From positions 53,554,308-53,618,307 of the forward strand of contig NC_068991.1 of NCBI RefSeq assembly GCF_001194135.2: a stretch of DNA of 64,000 nt, read 5' to 3'. The notes below the pieces were generated by a model that worked only from the letters and a program-made list of their open reading frames with translations, was not told where the DNA came from and searched no databases. Below are positions 24,765 through 37,639 of the stretch, piece by piece. The position numbers and the translations under genes were made by a program. This DNA is from Octopus bimaculoides. Its lineage: Eukaryota. Position 1 is the stretch's first letter. Every line of letters starts with the position of its first letter.

Positions 24765-25190
24765 AGTATGCTGGCAGAATTGTCAGTATCTTGGACAAAA
24801 ACCTTAGCAGTATTTTGCCTGCCCTTATGTTCTGAGTTGAAATTCTGCTGAGGTCGACTTTGGTTTTCATCTATTCAGGATCAATAAAATAAATACCAGT
24901 TGATCACTGGGGTTGATGTAATCAACTAGTCTCCTCCCCCTAAATTTCAGGCCTTATGCCTATAGAAGAAAGGATTGTTAGACTTGAGTAGGTGACCTAG
25001 CAGAATCATTAACGTGCTAGACAAAATGCTTAGTGGCATTTCGTCTGTCTTTACATTCTGAGTTCAAATTCTACCAAGGTTGACTTTACCTTCCATCACT
25101 TTGGGGTAGATAAAATAAAGTACCAGTCAAGCTTGTCTCTTCTCAAAATTGCTGACCTTGTGCCAGAATTAGAGAGAGTTATTAAAATTT
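24765..25190 (+). mobile_element. Two tandem family B SINEs (GGCGGCGAGCTGGCAGAATCG head; (ATT)n tail), CpG-decayed
   Basis: GAGTTCAAATTC B box and the GCCTTTCATCC...GATAAAATAAGTACCAG body. Confidence 0.8.
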
Positions 25191-25483
25191 AAGAAATAGT
25201 TAGTTTTAATATGGTCCCAGGTCAGTTTGTTATTGAGCAGACCTGTGACATGCAGATATCCAGTTGAATGACCAAGAATGACCTATAAATCTGTTGTTTC
25301 TGGTATACTGTGCTTGTGTGTCGTTGAGAAGCATACTGCATGCTCTGACATCCAGTGATGCATTCTCGTGGGACTTACCTTGTCATCTTAAAAAAGGAAT
25401 ACAAAGAAACCAGCTGAATATTTCTGGGTGAAGTTGTTGAAGGAAAAGGTTGTGATTGTTGTTTATTTTCAGGTGAACCTTAA

Positions 25484-25703
25484 GCTCTTTAGCACTCAGG
25501 TTACTCTGTCAAATGTAAAGCTTATTCATTCACATCGTTTTCAAGTAGTCATGCATTATCTCATAACTATTATATTTTGATGATGTGATTGTTTATTGTT
25601 AGAATGACATTGTAGGGTAAGTGTGAGAGACTAGATCTGGTTGGTTTGAACATAAAACAGAATATCTGAGGGGCCTGATATGGTTGGTTTAAATGCTAAA
25701 GGG
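25484..25703. mobile_element. piggyBac-like MITE
   Basis: Ends AATGCTAAAGGG-TTAA; colinear with 30976-31191. Confidence 0.8.
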
Positions 25704-26206
25704 TTAAAGAGCTGACCTATAATTAAAGGTATTGCTGCTGTGATTATCTCATCTGCTTCTCAGATTGTGTATCTTGGACTACATCATTCAGTGTATCTTT
25801 TTCTTATTTAAGATGGTGGGGCATGTTTTCAATTGGAAATGGAGGTGAAGATTTGACTGCTATTTCTATCTGTTTAAATGACCACATAAAGCACCTTCTT
25901 TGTTCAGTTTTGTAGATTTGAGGTTCACAAACTTGTGGGTAGTTTACAGGATTTTTTTTTTTAAAGATGGTGGTGGGGTGGGAGAATATATTTTGCTGTC
26001 ATTAGACTGTGTGACCATACTGGAGCACTGCCTGGTAGAATTTTTAGTTGAATGAATCGATACCAGTATTTATTTTTTTTAAAGCCTGGTACTTATTCCA
26101 TTAATGTCTTTTGCTGAACTGCTGTGTTACAGGGATGTGAACCCACCAATACTGGTTTTGAGGTTTCTTGTTTTTATTAATCATAATTCTTCTTTTCCTT
26201 TTGAAG

Positions 26207-27149
26207 GATTGAAATGAATGGCAAAGAGGATATATTCTCTGACTTCAGTGAAAAATTACGACGCCATGTGGAACAATGTATTGAAAAGTTGCAAAACTTT
26301 CCTCCGGTTACTTACCAACACACCCTTTTGACTCTCTTCACAACATGGGATTATCATGATTCTAAGAAAGAACTCCATGAAAACACCGTCCGTAATTGGC
26401 TTGCATTAGGTCCGTCCGTCAAGGTGATTGTCTTCTCTACCAATCCTGAGACAAGAATTTTCTGTGAAAAGATTGGTTGTAATTACCAGTCTATCACTGT
26501 TCAGCGTGTAACTGGAGTGCCTTTATTGAAATCAATGTATTTAGAAGCACAGAAATCATTTGATAGCTTTTTTTATGCATTTGCCAATGCGGATATTTTA
26601 TTTGAAGCAAATCTAATCAAGACATTGGAGCGTGTTTTGTATATGTTTAATAATACAGAAAAGGCAATTTTGATAATTGGACAACGGACAAATGTTATGA
26701 ATGTTACCAAAGAAGAAGCTGTTCCAGTTGATTCTGTGACTAAAATTGCCCTGGACCGTGGAACTATATTCCGAACTGATGCTGAAGATTATTTCATTAC
26801 ATCAAGGCCATTTCCATGGAAAGCATTTCCAGATTTCATTGTTGGAAGTCCAGCATATGATAATTGGTTAGTTGCATATGCTATTCATAATAATTTCTTA
26901 ACGATAGATGCCACAAATTCTATCATAGCTGTACATCAGACCACGAGGTCTGGAAACTATGATGGGCATCACAAACGCTTTACGGATTATAATCTTAAAT
27001 TAATTAGAAAAATACGCTCACGGGTTAATGTCCTTGCTGGACACACAATTTGTACAAAATATTTTGCTCAAAAAGACTTTTGTGGGCTCACAGAAATTCT
27101 TCTGCGCAGAACAAATCCTTGTGCCAAGCCAAAATCCAGAAGAGGATGA
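26207..27149 (+). CDS. Terminal coding exon: putative GT-A-fold glycosyltransferase-like domain; spliced product 382 aa
   Basis: 311-codon ORF after the acceptor TCTTCTTTTCCTTTTGAAG. Motifs LLTLFTT, RNW, GVPLL, FANADILF (DxD-like), IGQRTNV, EDYFIT, PW, GSPAYDNWLV, IDAT, AVHQT. AATAAA signals follow the stop. Confidence 0.9.
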
Positions 27150-27177
27150 TGGATATATATCTATTTTTGGAAAAAAT

Positions 27178-27268
27178 AATAAAGTTGTATAAATCACCAC
27201 ACACTTTTAAAAATAAAAGAACAACAAAAATCCAATAAATTTATTTTATATGTTTATTTTACAATAAA
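27178..27268 (+). terminator. Clustered polyadenylation signals
   Basis: AATAAA at 27178, 27212, 27234 and 27263, just after the stop codon. Confidence 0.65.
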
Positions 27269-30200
27269 AAATTATTGAAAGTTTTGTTAGAGCACTGTGT
27301 TTTGCTTGGTCCTACCAACCAACAGCACATGTTTGGGCATCAGGTCATTGGTAATATATAATTTAAAAAAATCATAATTTTATAAAAAAATTTTGGACCA
27401 GACTGTTCAGTAGTTTCCCTTCAGAGCATTTTTGAATGATGGGCAACTCTTCAGTAAGGAAAGTATTTGTAAATAACTGAAACTGCTTAAATTATAGACT
27501 TGGTGCCTGACAATTCCTTGATTCCATGACAAATGTATTTTCCTGTTATATAACCCCTAAATGCTGTGTTTCTGCTGATGTGATGTCAGTGTTGTGTTTG
27601 AAATTGTCAACAGTTAGCAATATTTTGAGAATGGTTAATAATTTAAATTTTGGTGTTTGATTAATATATTGTCTTATTGAAACTATGATGTAAATGGTAA
27701 AGGAATGAATCTACAGGAAAGATTTCTGTGTCTGTATAAAGGTTATTCACTGAACATATGAAGTCTTCATTTATCACTTATTACCAAGTTTGAATACATT
27801 TGAAAATACATCCAAATATCTTCTATAACTGATTTCGTTAGTATCATTTTAGCCATTTCTATGGCTTTCATTTAATATCCTTGAATCCATATTTTTGTCT
27901 TCATTTTTTTGTTACATTCCTTTTTCACTATTCCAGCATGAGTATGTTTGGTGATGCTTAAATATATAATTACATACACATCATTAACAGCTCATTAACA
28001 GCTGGGGGCTTCTCCTCACAAGAATTCATGTGAAAAAAACCATGGATCTCAGTCTAATTTTTTTATGAGTCACTCTTATATTTATGAGTGATTCTGGTAG
28101 CTACAAGTGAATCTGGTACTTACAAATTACTCTAGTATTTACCAGTGACTCTGGTATTGGTATAACATTATGACTTACTGAAGGGATATCCTTCTTGAAG
28201 AGGTGTGCCAAATACCCAGTCACCTAACTCTTTTAGTATCCTCTTATATGATCTATGGTTGGCTGGCTTGGTTTCAAAGTTGACCTTGATAATTAGAAAC
28301 ATTTCAATGTCATCATAGAAGAGTAATTACACCAGTATTTAATTGGTAAACACTTATGTGAACTTTATATTTAGATAAGAAGTCATATTTTCTTTTGTTT
28401 CATTCCAAGTCTCTGTGTTTAAATACACTGTTTTTAGTAAAGTGGGTGCTAAACATATTTAATGCAATGAGGTAAGAAACTGTAATTAAATATAATTTCA
28501 CTTATACTAAGAAGAAATAATTATCAGCTAAATGATTAATTCTGGTCAAGAAAGGCATGGGACACATTCCTGGAATTAAATTCAAATTGATAATAAAAAA
28601 AATAGAATACAGTGTTGGAGTGTTTTTAGAGAGTTACTTTACCTTTAGATCTACATTGAATTCATAGAGATTAATCTTTAGGGTTAAAACAAAGGTCTTG
28701 GACAGACTTTCCTTAGAAATAAGGTGGGATAGCCATGGTTGAAATGCCTGGTCATAGATCTCAGAGTTGACATGAGGCTAATCAGCAACAAGATGGAATG
28801 GTCCTGTTTGGAATACTTTGATCATGTCTTCCTTATCAGCGTTAAACAAAAATAAGATTGGATGGTCACAAATGGATTGCCTTAATCATGTGTCTGATCA
28901 GTCCTGTGATTTAAGTATAGAAAAATCCAAACAACATTGTCTTAATAAAAAAACAATAAAATAGAGGCAAATTAAAAAGAAATATTTTATGCTTAAATGA
29001 ATAAATGCCAAGGAATTTTTTGCTTAACCTTTTGTCAGTTAATAGTCTCTTTTCTTTGTGAGAAGACGTCTTGGCTATGTAAAGAATGTTTGGTTAACAT
29101 GAAAGGTTACTTGAGATTGTATATATTAACCTTTGTAAAAAATGAGAAGCTGTGTGTTGTTGCTTGAGATGGAGATCTGTTTTGGGTAAAATAAACATAG
29201 AACAATATCATCCATCATCTTCACCATCATTTAATGTTTAAGTTAGATGGTTTGATAGGTTCAAGGACTGCATCATACTCCAGTATCTGCTTTTGTATGA
29301 TTTCTAGGGCTGGATATCCCTTCCTAATGCTATCCACATTACAGAGTGTATTTGTCACTGGTGCTAATGAGGTCATCATGCACTTTGCAAGACTACAAAA
29401 CATGAGGGGGGGGGATGTAGGCTTTATGCTAGGAAATGAGGGTTATTTTATGAGAGAAAGGAGTGGGGCAGAGCTGGTTCTTGTTACAGTGGGGCAACAT
29501 GGCTACTAACAATTAAACAGGAGTTGCTTTAGGTTTTTTCATTACTTAAGACTACAAAAACTATTCTAATTCCTAAGTAAGTCAAATTCCATCAGAATCT
29601 GGTTCTTTGTAATACCTGGTGGTTGACAGTAAAAAAATTCTAAAAGTGATTTGTCTGAAAGTGTCATATAAGACCTCTCCTAGTTTCATTGATGTCATTC
29701 TTTTTGAATAGCTTTGATCATCAATTCTTTAGTTAGACCTATGACACAGGGGTACCTCTTTAGTGCTTAGTGTCTCTCATATGCTTATTATATGATGCCT
29801 GACCTATTGACTTGAGACAAACTTCATTGTTTTAAGGCTTGAAGCTTTAAGACATGCATTCAATTTACTCTGTCAAATGTAAGACTTGTTTATCCATATT
29901 ATTTTGAATTATGTATTATTACATAGCTACAAAATTTCAATGATGTGATTGTTTATTTTTAGAATGACATTGTAGGGTAGGTGTAAGAAGCTAGATCTAG
30001 CTGGTTTGAACATAAAACAGGTAGAATATCAGTACCAGATATGGCCACTTAAAATACTAAGCGGTTAAACATGTGGTCCATAATCTAAAGACTATAGGGA
30101 GAGTTTACTGCTATGATTTGCTACTGACAATGTGAAGGAAATTTCCTGTGGTCCTCAATTTCAATGCAGATCCAATATTTTCCACAATACAGTTAAATTA

Positions 30201-30975
30201 CTTTCTACAAAAAATAAACTGGAATAGTATTACCACATCTCTAACAAATACTGTTGGGATTGTTGACTATTTTGTATTGTGGTTCAAACTTAAAACTGGG
30301 CTTCGTTCAACATTCTACTTCTTTTCATTCCATATTCATCACATACTATATTACATATTATACTAAATGCATAGACTTCCTGATAAGGATTCAGACTCTT
30401 TTTTGCTTGTGGATGTTAATTTAAGCATCATAGTGAAACTGGCAGACATTATATATTATTATATATTACAGAGTAACTGCTAAGCAGTGATGTGTATAAA
30501 TACAAACTTGTTACCAGTTCAAATATGCCTCATGCATCTTTGAACTGGTAACAGTTAATATTATATTTTGTTATATATTATAAAACATAATATGTATTAC
30601 TATGATAATATACCATGTCTGCTGGAATAATATATTATAATTTGTCATTTGTGTTGTTCGTTCATTACCCGTCCTGTTCTCAACAAAATATGGCATTATG
30701 TTTTTAGTTGAGTACCCCATTGTCATAAATATTCCATTGATCTACAATTTGTTTTAATCCTTTTGGTACCAATTCACCTGAAATGACTCCTGGTTCTGTG
30801 ATACAAAACTGTCTATTTTAAAGTGCTCATATTTAATTTCAAAACTTCCATCATAAATGTTAGAATATTTTCCTAAGTCATCAGCTTAATAATGAAAATG
30901 TTATTTTATGAATACTTTCAAAATTTTAATTATTTTTAAAGCTAATTGAAGTGCATAAGCAGTATATTTCATTAA

Positions 30976-31191
30976 TCCTTCAGAATTCAGATTACTCTGT
31001 TTAATGTAATGTTATTTACATTGTTTTGAATTAATCATACAATTATCTTGTAGATTTAAGATTTCAATGATGCATTTGTTTACTTTTAAAATGACATTGC
31101 AGGGTAGTTGTGAGAGGCCTGATCTGGTCAGTTTGAACACAAAACAGGTAGAATATTTGGGCTAGATATAGCTGGTTTAAATGCTGAGGGG
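30976..31191. mobile_element. piggyBac-like MITE
   Basis: TTAA-TCCTTCAGAATT...AATGCTGAGGGG-TTAA. Confidence 0.75.
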
Positions 31192-32234
31192 TTAAAAGTA
31201 TTGTATGAAATAGTTAAGGACAGCAGTAAGATGTATAAAATATTGTGTTTTCTTCCATTCATTTGTGAGGATTTTTCTTCAGTGGTAATTATAATGGCAA
31301 TATGTTACTCTGGTACTGGTATCTTTTGTGGTTGCCTTGTCTGGATATAATAACAGCTAAACTTGTTGCTGATTATTCTGTTGTGGAGTGTGCACTTGTT
31401 GAAAAAATATTCTTCATATCTGCACTTATGTGAGTGTTGTAATGTTTCTACTTCTGGAAGTCACATGTTAGTTAAAAACTGAAAACATTTGAAGAAGTTA
31501 TATCATTAAAATAATCATGAAAAGACAGACTTTACTAACTAACAATTAACCCTGTTTTTCTCACTGGGGATATTTGCAAGGTCACTTGACTGTAAATAAA
31601 CTTGTTCCAATACCAACTTATTCATTATTGTTCCATAATAACACAAGTGTATTGTACCAATCATGGAACTATTGTCCAAAGTGAATTAGTTGTTTCAAGA
31701 AAAAAGTATCTTTTTACACCTTCATAAACGACATTTTATAACTAAATCCCCAAACCAAATTTTTATTCACAAATGAAAACAATCAGTTGTATATTGTATT
31801 CTTTTAATGGATTTTTACCAAGCTGATATCAAATTTCTCTTACAATATTATTGGTTTTTTACCCGCCTACTTGCATTTGGCTGATGTTTATGATACCATA
31901 AAATATCCTCAACAATTATCTGAATTTTTTTTCCTGTTTTACATTCATTTTTCTTTTTACCTTGTTGATTTTCTTTTTCATGACAGACCTAAGCAAATGT
32001 TGAATTTGTTGGCTGTCAAAATAATTGGACTTTCAAACAATATTACAACATTATTCTGTTTCTCTGTTTCTGTCTTCCTTGTTAAAAATTAACCCTACTC
32101 CATCTCGGTGAATATTAAGAAGGTAATAATAAAATAAACTTACTCCAATAATATGCAAGTACTCCAATTTGGAAAAAAACAAAACAAATTTCCTTATGCT
32201 AGTTAAAATAGATCAAACCATTATTATTATTTTA

Positions 32235-33020
32235 AGGCAGTGAACTGGCAGAATTGTTAGAATGCTGGACAAAATTTCTGTTAAGGTCAACTTTGCCTTT
32301 TGTCCTTTCAGGGTTGATAAAATAAGTACCCTTTGAAATGAGCAATTGATTTATCCCCTCCCCTGAAATTGCTGGCCTTGTGCCAAAAGTTGAAACCATT
32401 ATTATTAAGGTGGTGAGCTGGCAGAATCGTTAGCATGCCAGGCAAAATGCTCAGTGGTATTTTGTCTGTCCTCATGTTCTGAGTTCAAATTCTACTGAGG
32501 TCGACTTTGCCTCTCATCCTTTCGAGGTCAATAGAATAAGTACCACCTCCAAAATTTCAGGATTATCATTATTATTATGGTGACAAGCTGAGAGAACTGT
32601 TAGTGCACCAGGCAAAATGCTGAGCAGTATTCTTTTTGGCCCTTTTCATTCAGAGTTCAAATTCCGCTAAGGTCGACTTTGTCTTTTATTGTTTTAGGGT
32701 TGATAAAATAAAGTACTGGGGTTGATGTAAGCGATTATCTCCCTTCCCCAAGATTTCAGACCAAAGCATTATTATTACTGTTATTATTCAGGTGGTGAGC
32801 TCGCAGACTATAACTGTATCAAGCAAAATGCTTTGCAGCATTTCTTCCATTGGCTTTTTATGTTCTAAGTTCAAATTCTGCCATGGTCAACTTTTCCTTT
32901 CATCCTTTTGTGGTCAATAGAATAGGTACTAGTTAAGTACTGGGGCCAATGTAATCAAGTAACACCCTCCTGCTAAAACTGCTGGCCTTGTACCAAAATT
33001 AGAAAGAATTATTGTTATAA
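32235..33020 (+). repeat. Head-to-tail array of 4-5 family B SINEs separated by (ATT)n, CpG-depleted
   Basis: Heads at about 32235, 32409, 32579 and 32791. Confidence 0.88.
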
Positions 33021-33029
33021 TTTCCATTT

Positions 33030-33830
33030 CACTTCTCAGAGCTGTTGATTTTACATTCTCCTGTTAATTCTGTAAGAGCAGACAGCAACCAATTGTCAAT
33101 GGCCTCATAGAGTCTCTTTCCACGATACTTAACACCAATCTCAAAGTCCTCTCTGTCTCCGATAGAGCAGTTTTCTGAGCATGTTCTACCCTCATGTCTG
33201 GTCCAATTTCTCCAATATTTCTCAAACCTGGTTGTTAGTGTTCCCAGTGCCCCTACACTACTGGGATGACAGTTACTCTTCATCGTCCTACAATATTCCT
33301 ACAATTTCGTCTTTTAGCAGCTTGTACTTTTCAATCTTTTTCAATTCTTTGTCACCCACTCATGCATCCCCGGGTATAGCAATATCTATGATCTTGGTTT
33401 CCTTTTTATTCAATACAACAATGTCTGGTCTCTAAGTATCAATCACTGAGTCACACTGGATTGTAAAATCCCATAAGATCTTATACTCGTTATGCTCGGT
33501 GATGCCTCCTGGTTTCTACTTGTACCATTTCTGTGTTCTTTCAAGACCGTACTTCTCACACACTCCCCAGTGAACAAACTTAGCTATGTTACCATGTTTC
33601 CTTTTGTATTCCTTTTGGGCCAGTTTGCTACACTCACTCACAATTTGTGAGATTGTTTCATTTTTTGCTGCCATACATCCTACAAAGGATCTATTTGGAA
33701 CTTGGTGTAATAACTTCCCAGAGTTTGTCCCTGGACGCTGAATATCAGTGCCTTGGTACATCCTTTCAAGTATTTTTCCTTAGCCACCTTCCAGTATTGG
33801 TCTTGTTTGTAGTAGAATTGTTAGAACTTC
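33030..33830 (-). mobile_element. Dong/R4-like non-LTR retrotransposon 3' fragment (CCHC motif plus restriction-like endonuclease)
   Basis: Peptides ETISQIVSECSKLAQKEYKRKH, VHW and PDIVVLNKKETKIIDIAIPGD. Confidence 0.88.
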
Positions 33831-33973
33831 AGTTGAAATGCCTTGCGAAATTTGTTCTGGTTATATATTTTCTGAGATCAAATCCTACTGAGGTCAATTT
33901 TACCTTTTCTCCCTCTGGGGTCGATAAAGTAAAATACCACTCTAATACTGGGTCCACTTCACTCAAAATTGCT

Positions 33974-34011
<38 letters not shown>

Positions 34012-34379
34012 GCGAAGAGTCGAATGCATTCGCCTCAAGACACGACTGATACTTATTTTATCAACACCAAAAGGATGAAAGGCAAAATCATCCTCGGTGG
34101 AATTTAAATCAGAATGCAAAAACAGACGAAATTCCACTAAGCATTTTGCCCAGCGTATTAATGATTCTGCCAACTCGCCCAATTTCCAGCATAGATAGAA
34201 AGCTTCAAATTTGAGGAGTGGGAATCGATTAAATTGCCTCCAGTGCATGACTGGCACTTTATTTACCATTCCCAGATGGATGAATGGCAACACTGACTTT
34301 GGTAAAATTTGAACTCAAAATATAGAGCCAGAAAAAGTACGCATTTTATCTAACATTGTAATGATTCTGCCAAATAATA

Positions 34380-34670
34380 GCAAGAGAAAACAAGTGTCTA
34401 AAACACAGAGAAAAGGTGCCACGCTACTGAACGACATGTCCTTCAGATCAATGCTGGGTTTCTACAAACCCGAGAAAAATATGTGATACGAGGAAGAAAA
34501 TAATTTATTATAACGTCAAACAAAAACATTAAGGTACTGGAAACGCTTTAGTTTGGCCAACGAGTAAAAAATGTTCTTAAAGGCTTTTTGAGTGTAGCCA
34601 GTTTCAGTTAAACTAGTAGCAGACGAGAAGAGCCACGGGAGACACACAGTCGACCTAGGTAGTGATTCTT
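34380..34670. promoter_or_regulatory. CpG-containing unique segment, candidate promoter or first exon at the CpG-decay boundary
   Basis: Non-repeat, CpG-retaining, contains an AGCAGACGA motif; possible donor CCTAG|GTAGTG. Confidence 0.3.
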
Positions 34671-34679
34671 CATCCAGCT

Positions 34680-34905
34680 TCTGTTTTCCTTGTTTGAATT
34701 TTATCTTGTGTTCATTATTGTATATTTTTAAATATAATTTTATATTTATTTTGTGTTATTTAATCCTCAAAATTTTAAAATAATCATATAATATTTTCGT
34801 TTCAGTACAAGTTTGTCTTGTCCACCCTCAAGTTTTTACGTTATATTTGTATGTATATATGAGCCCTTGTGACAAATAAAGAAATTATTATTATTATTAT
34901 TATTA
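34680..34905 (+). mobile_element. LINE (Tx1/L1-like) 3' end with AATAAA and (ATT)n tail
   Basis: GAGCCCTTGTGACAAATAAAGAAATTATTATT matches the reverse complement of 60545-60575. Confidence 0.55.
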
Positions 34906-34937
34906 GTGTTATTGTTATTATTATTATTATTGTTATT

Positions 34938-35860
34938 AGGGCGGCGAACTGGCAGAATCGTTACACGTTGGGTAATATGCTTAGCGGTATTTCGTCCATC
35001 TTTACTTTGCCTTTCATCCTTTTGGGGTCGATAAAATAGTAACAGTTGAGTACTGAGATCAATGTAATCTACTTACACAATGCCTTGAAATTACTGGCCT
35101 TGTACCAAAATTTGAAACTATTATTATTATTAATATTATTATTATTACAAGCTGGCAGAATTGTTACCGCGCCAGATAAAACGCTTAGTGACATTTCTTC
35201 TGGCTTTACGTTCTGAGTTCAAATGCCGCCGAGGTTGACTTTCTTTTTCATCCTTTCGGGATCGATAAAATAATGTATCAGCATTCGATTATCTCCTCCC
35301 GCCAAATTTCAGGCCTTGTACCTATAAAAGGATTATTATTATTAATATTATCTCGTGATGGCAGAATCGTTTGAGTGTCGGAGAAAATACTTTGTTTTCT
35401 TCTGACTCTTTACGTTTCGAGTTCAAATCATGCCAAGATTAACTTTGTTTTTCATTTTTCCGGGGTTGATAAAATAAAGTTCCAGTCAAGCGGTGAAGTT
35501 TATTTAATAGACTAAACTCTGTTCCCCAAATTCAAGGTCTTGTACCGATATGAGAAAATTATTATTTTAGTATTATTATTGTTGTTGCTATTGAATGTTG
35601 CTGTGAGCACACGTACCTTCACCCCACTCCGTAGTTTTCAATATTATTATCAAACACTATTGTTTGGTAATATTATTATCAAGGATAATATTATTATCAA
35701 TATTATTATCAAGGCGGCGAGCGGGCAGAATTGTTAGCATGCTGAGCAAAATGCTTAGCGGCATTTCGTCCGTCTGCACGTTCTAAGTTCAAATTCCGCC
35801 GAGGTCGACTCTATCTTTCATCCTTTCGGTGTGGATAAAATAAGTTCTAGTTGAGCACTG
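34938..35860 (+). repeat. Head-to-tail array of family B SINEs, CpG-intact
   Basis: Heads at about 34939, 35150, 35358 and 35713, separated by (ATT)n. Confidence 0.88.
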
Positions 35861-36584
35861 GGTCAATGAAAGGTATTTATAGGAAATTTCATAAAAAATT
35901 TCCCATTTTTCTGACAGCTATGAGGAAACAAAACCGACTCATGTGAATTTTCCGAAACTCCTCACTCCACCATCGGAAAAATATTTTTGCTACATACTCC
36001 GATATAATCAGAATCTACACCATCTGAAGCGTATTTGTAGGAAATGTCATTAAAAAATATCCATTTTTCTGGAAGATATGAGGCAATAAATTTGGGCGGG
36101 GCACACATGTACAAGAATGCCCATTTTCTTATTTAAACTCATTCGTTCAGGCATGAAAACAAAATGAAGAAACCAAAAGAAGATGATAAAAAAAATCTCA
36201 ACGAAAAGAGTAAATCTTGCAACAAAATTTAATCGTTGTTGCATGTTTTCAACCGTAAGAGAAAATTGAGGTTTTGTAATGGGTTAGTAAGGCATTATAA
36301 TTCTTTGACCCTTTCACAGATACCTAATCAAATCTCAGAGGAACCAAAAGCAAAGAAGATCACCTAAATAATTCCACGCTCAGGAATTACAAATATCTTG
36401 AGTGAATGTAAAATGACGTTAAATTTATTAAAAGCTCTACATAATTAACGTCCTTTCTACTAGGAATGTCGGAAAACTTAAAAATCACATCAGGATGCAA
36501 AATATCTGGACTGATACACGACAGATAAACGACGAGAAAGTAAATGTATTTATTTACTAGATTCAAACTGAATTAAACGGGATT

Positions 36585-36634
<50 letters not shown>

Positions 36635-37311
36635 ATCATGGATATATATATATATATATATTAGTTGGCATTAGACAGACGAGAAAGTAGGTAGAAACAG
36701 AACAAAACGGATTTAATGAAAGACAGCCGATCAACGTAAGGGCTATAAGGAAGAGAGGTTAATTGATGAAGAACGATGTTGCTATAAATTGATATAGGGA
36801 AATATAAAATATTTATGGATAAACTCAAAGCAGGATATAATGAACAGCTTTAGGTCTGTAGCAATTACGATATGGATTGCAGGATATTATTCACTTAAAG
36901 ATAAACATAAAATGTGGCTGTAAATATTTAAACATAATATTTATTGACTGACAAATAATATATGCATCTCTGATCATGAGTGTTAGTGGGGGAGCATCAT
37001 AACCAAGAATTGAGAGGAATTTTTGGCGGGTTTGAATAATTAACTTCTAGAAACGTAAGTGTTTCGTTCAATCATCCTCAAACAACCCTTTTTCAGAGAC
37101 CTTTGGAGAGGAGTGGGAAACTCGACCCGAAGAAATGTCTAACTGAGCTCCACCTGCAAAGTCATGTGCTGTTTATCTTGAAACGAGATCACTATGTCGA
37201 GCACATGCCAGATGTATCCTTATCAGACACGTAGTCACGATGGGCATATTGGGGTTCGTATATTTGTACCCCAGCGTCAATTTGATGGTTTGTGCTGTTC
37301 ACTCACTCACT

Positions 37312-37351
<40 letters not shown>

Positions 37352-37639
37352 GCTACTACTACTACTACTACTGATCTACTGATGATGATGATGATAATAG
37401 CTTGATATGTTTGGTATTTACGATTTTGAATGTCAAAAGACAAAATAGATAGCAAATAAGGTAATGGCTAGCATTTCTAATGTTGTAATAAACTAGGGAA
37501 ATTAATTTAATTAATATTATATTCTTGAGGGGAAATATTTATTTGGTTAATTATCAGTTCCGTTCAAGAAAGAGAAGAAAATAATCCCTAAAAGTTCATT
37601 AATATAAATCCATTCTGTTTAGGAGAAATGGGTGGCATT

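Noticed and set aside
26214-27149. Intronless or horizontally acquired stand-alone gene
   Set aside because: It has a good upstream acceptor phase-matched to a TM-encoding exon, so it is the last exon of a spliced host gene.
28643-28711. 69-nt minus-strand exon (ESLSKTFVLTLK...)
   Set aside because: The acceptor lies in what appears to be an interspersed repeat (28690-28920), and short open frames are common by chance.
32235-35860. CRISPR-like regular repeats
   Set aside because: The units are 170-230-bp diverged SINEs with microsatellite linkers, there are no unique spacers or cas genes, and the context is eukaryotic.
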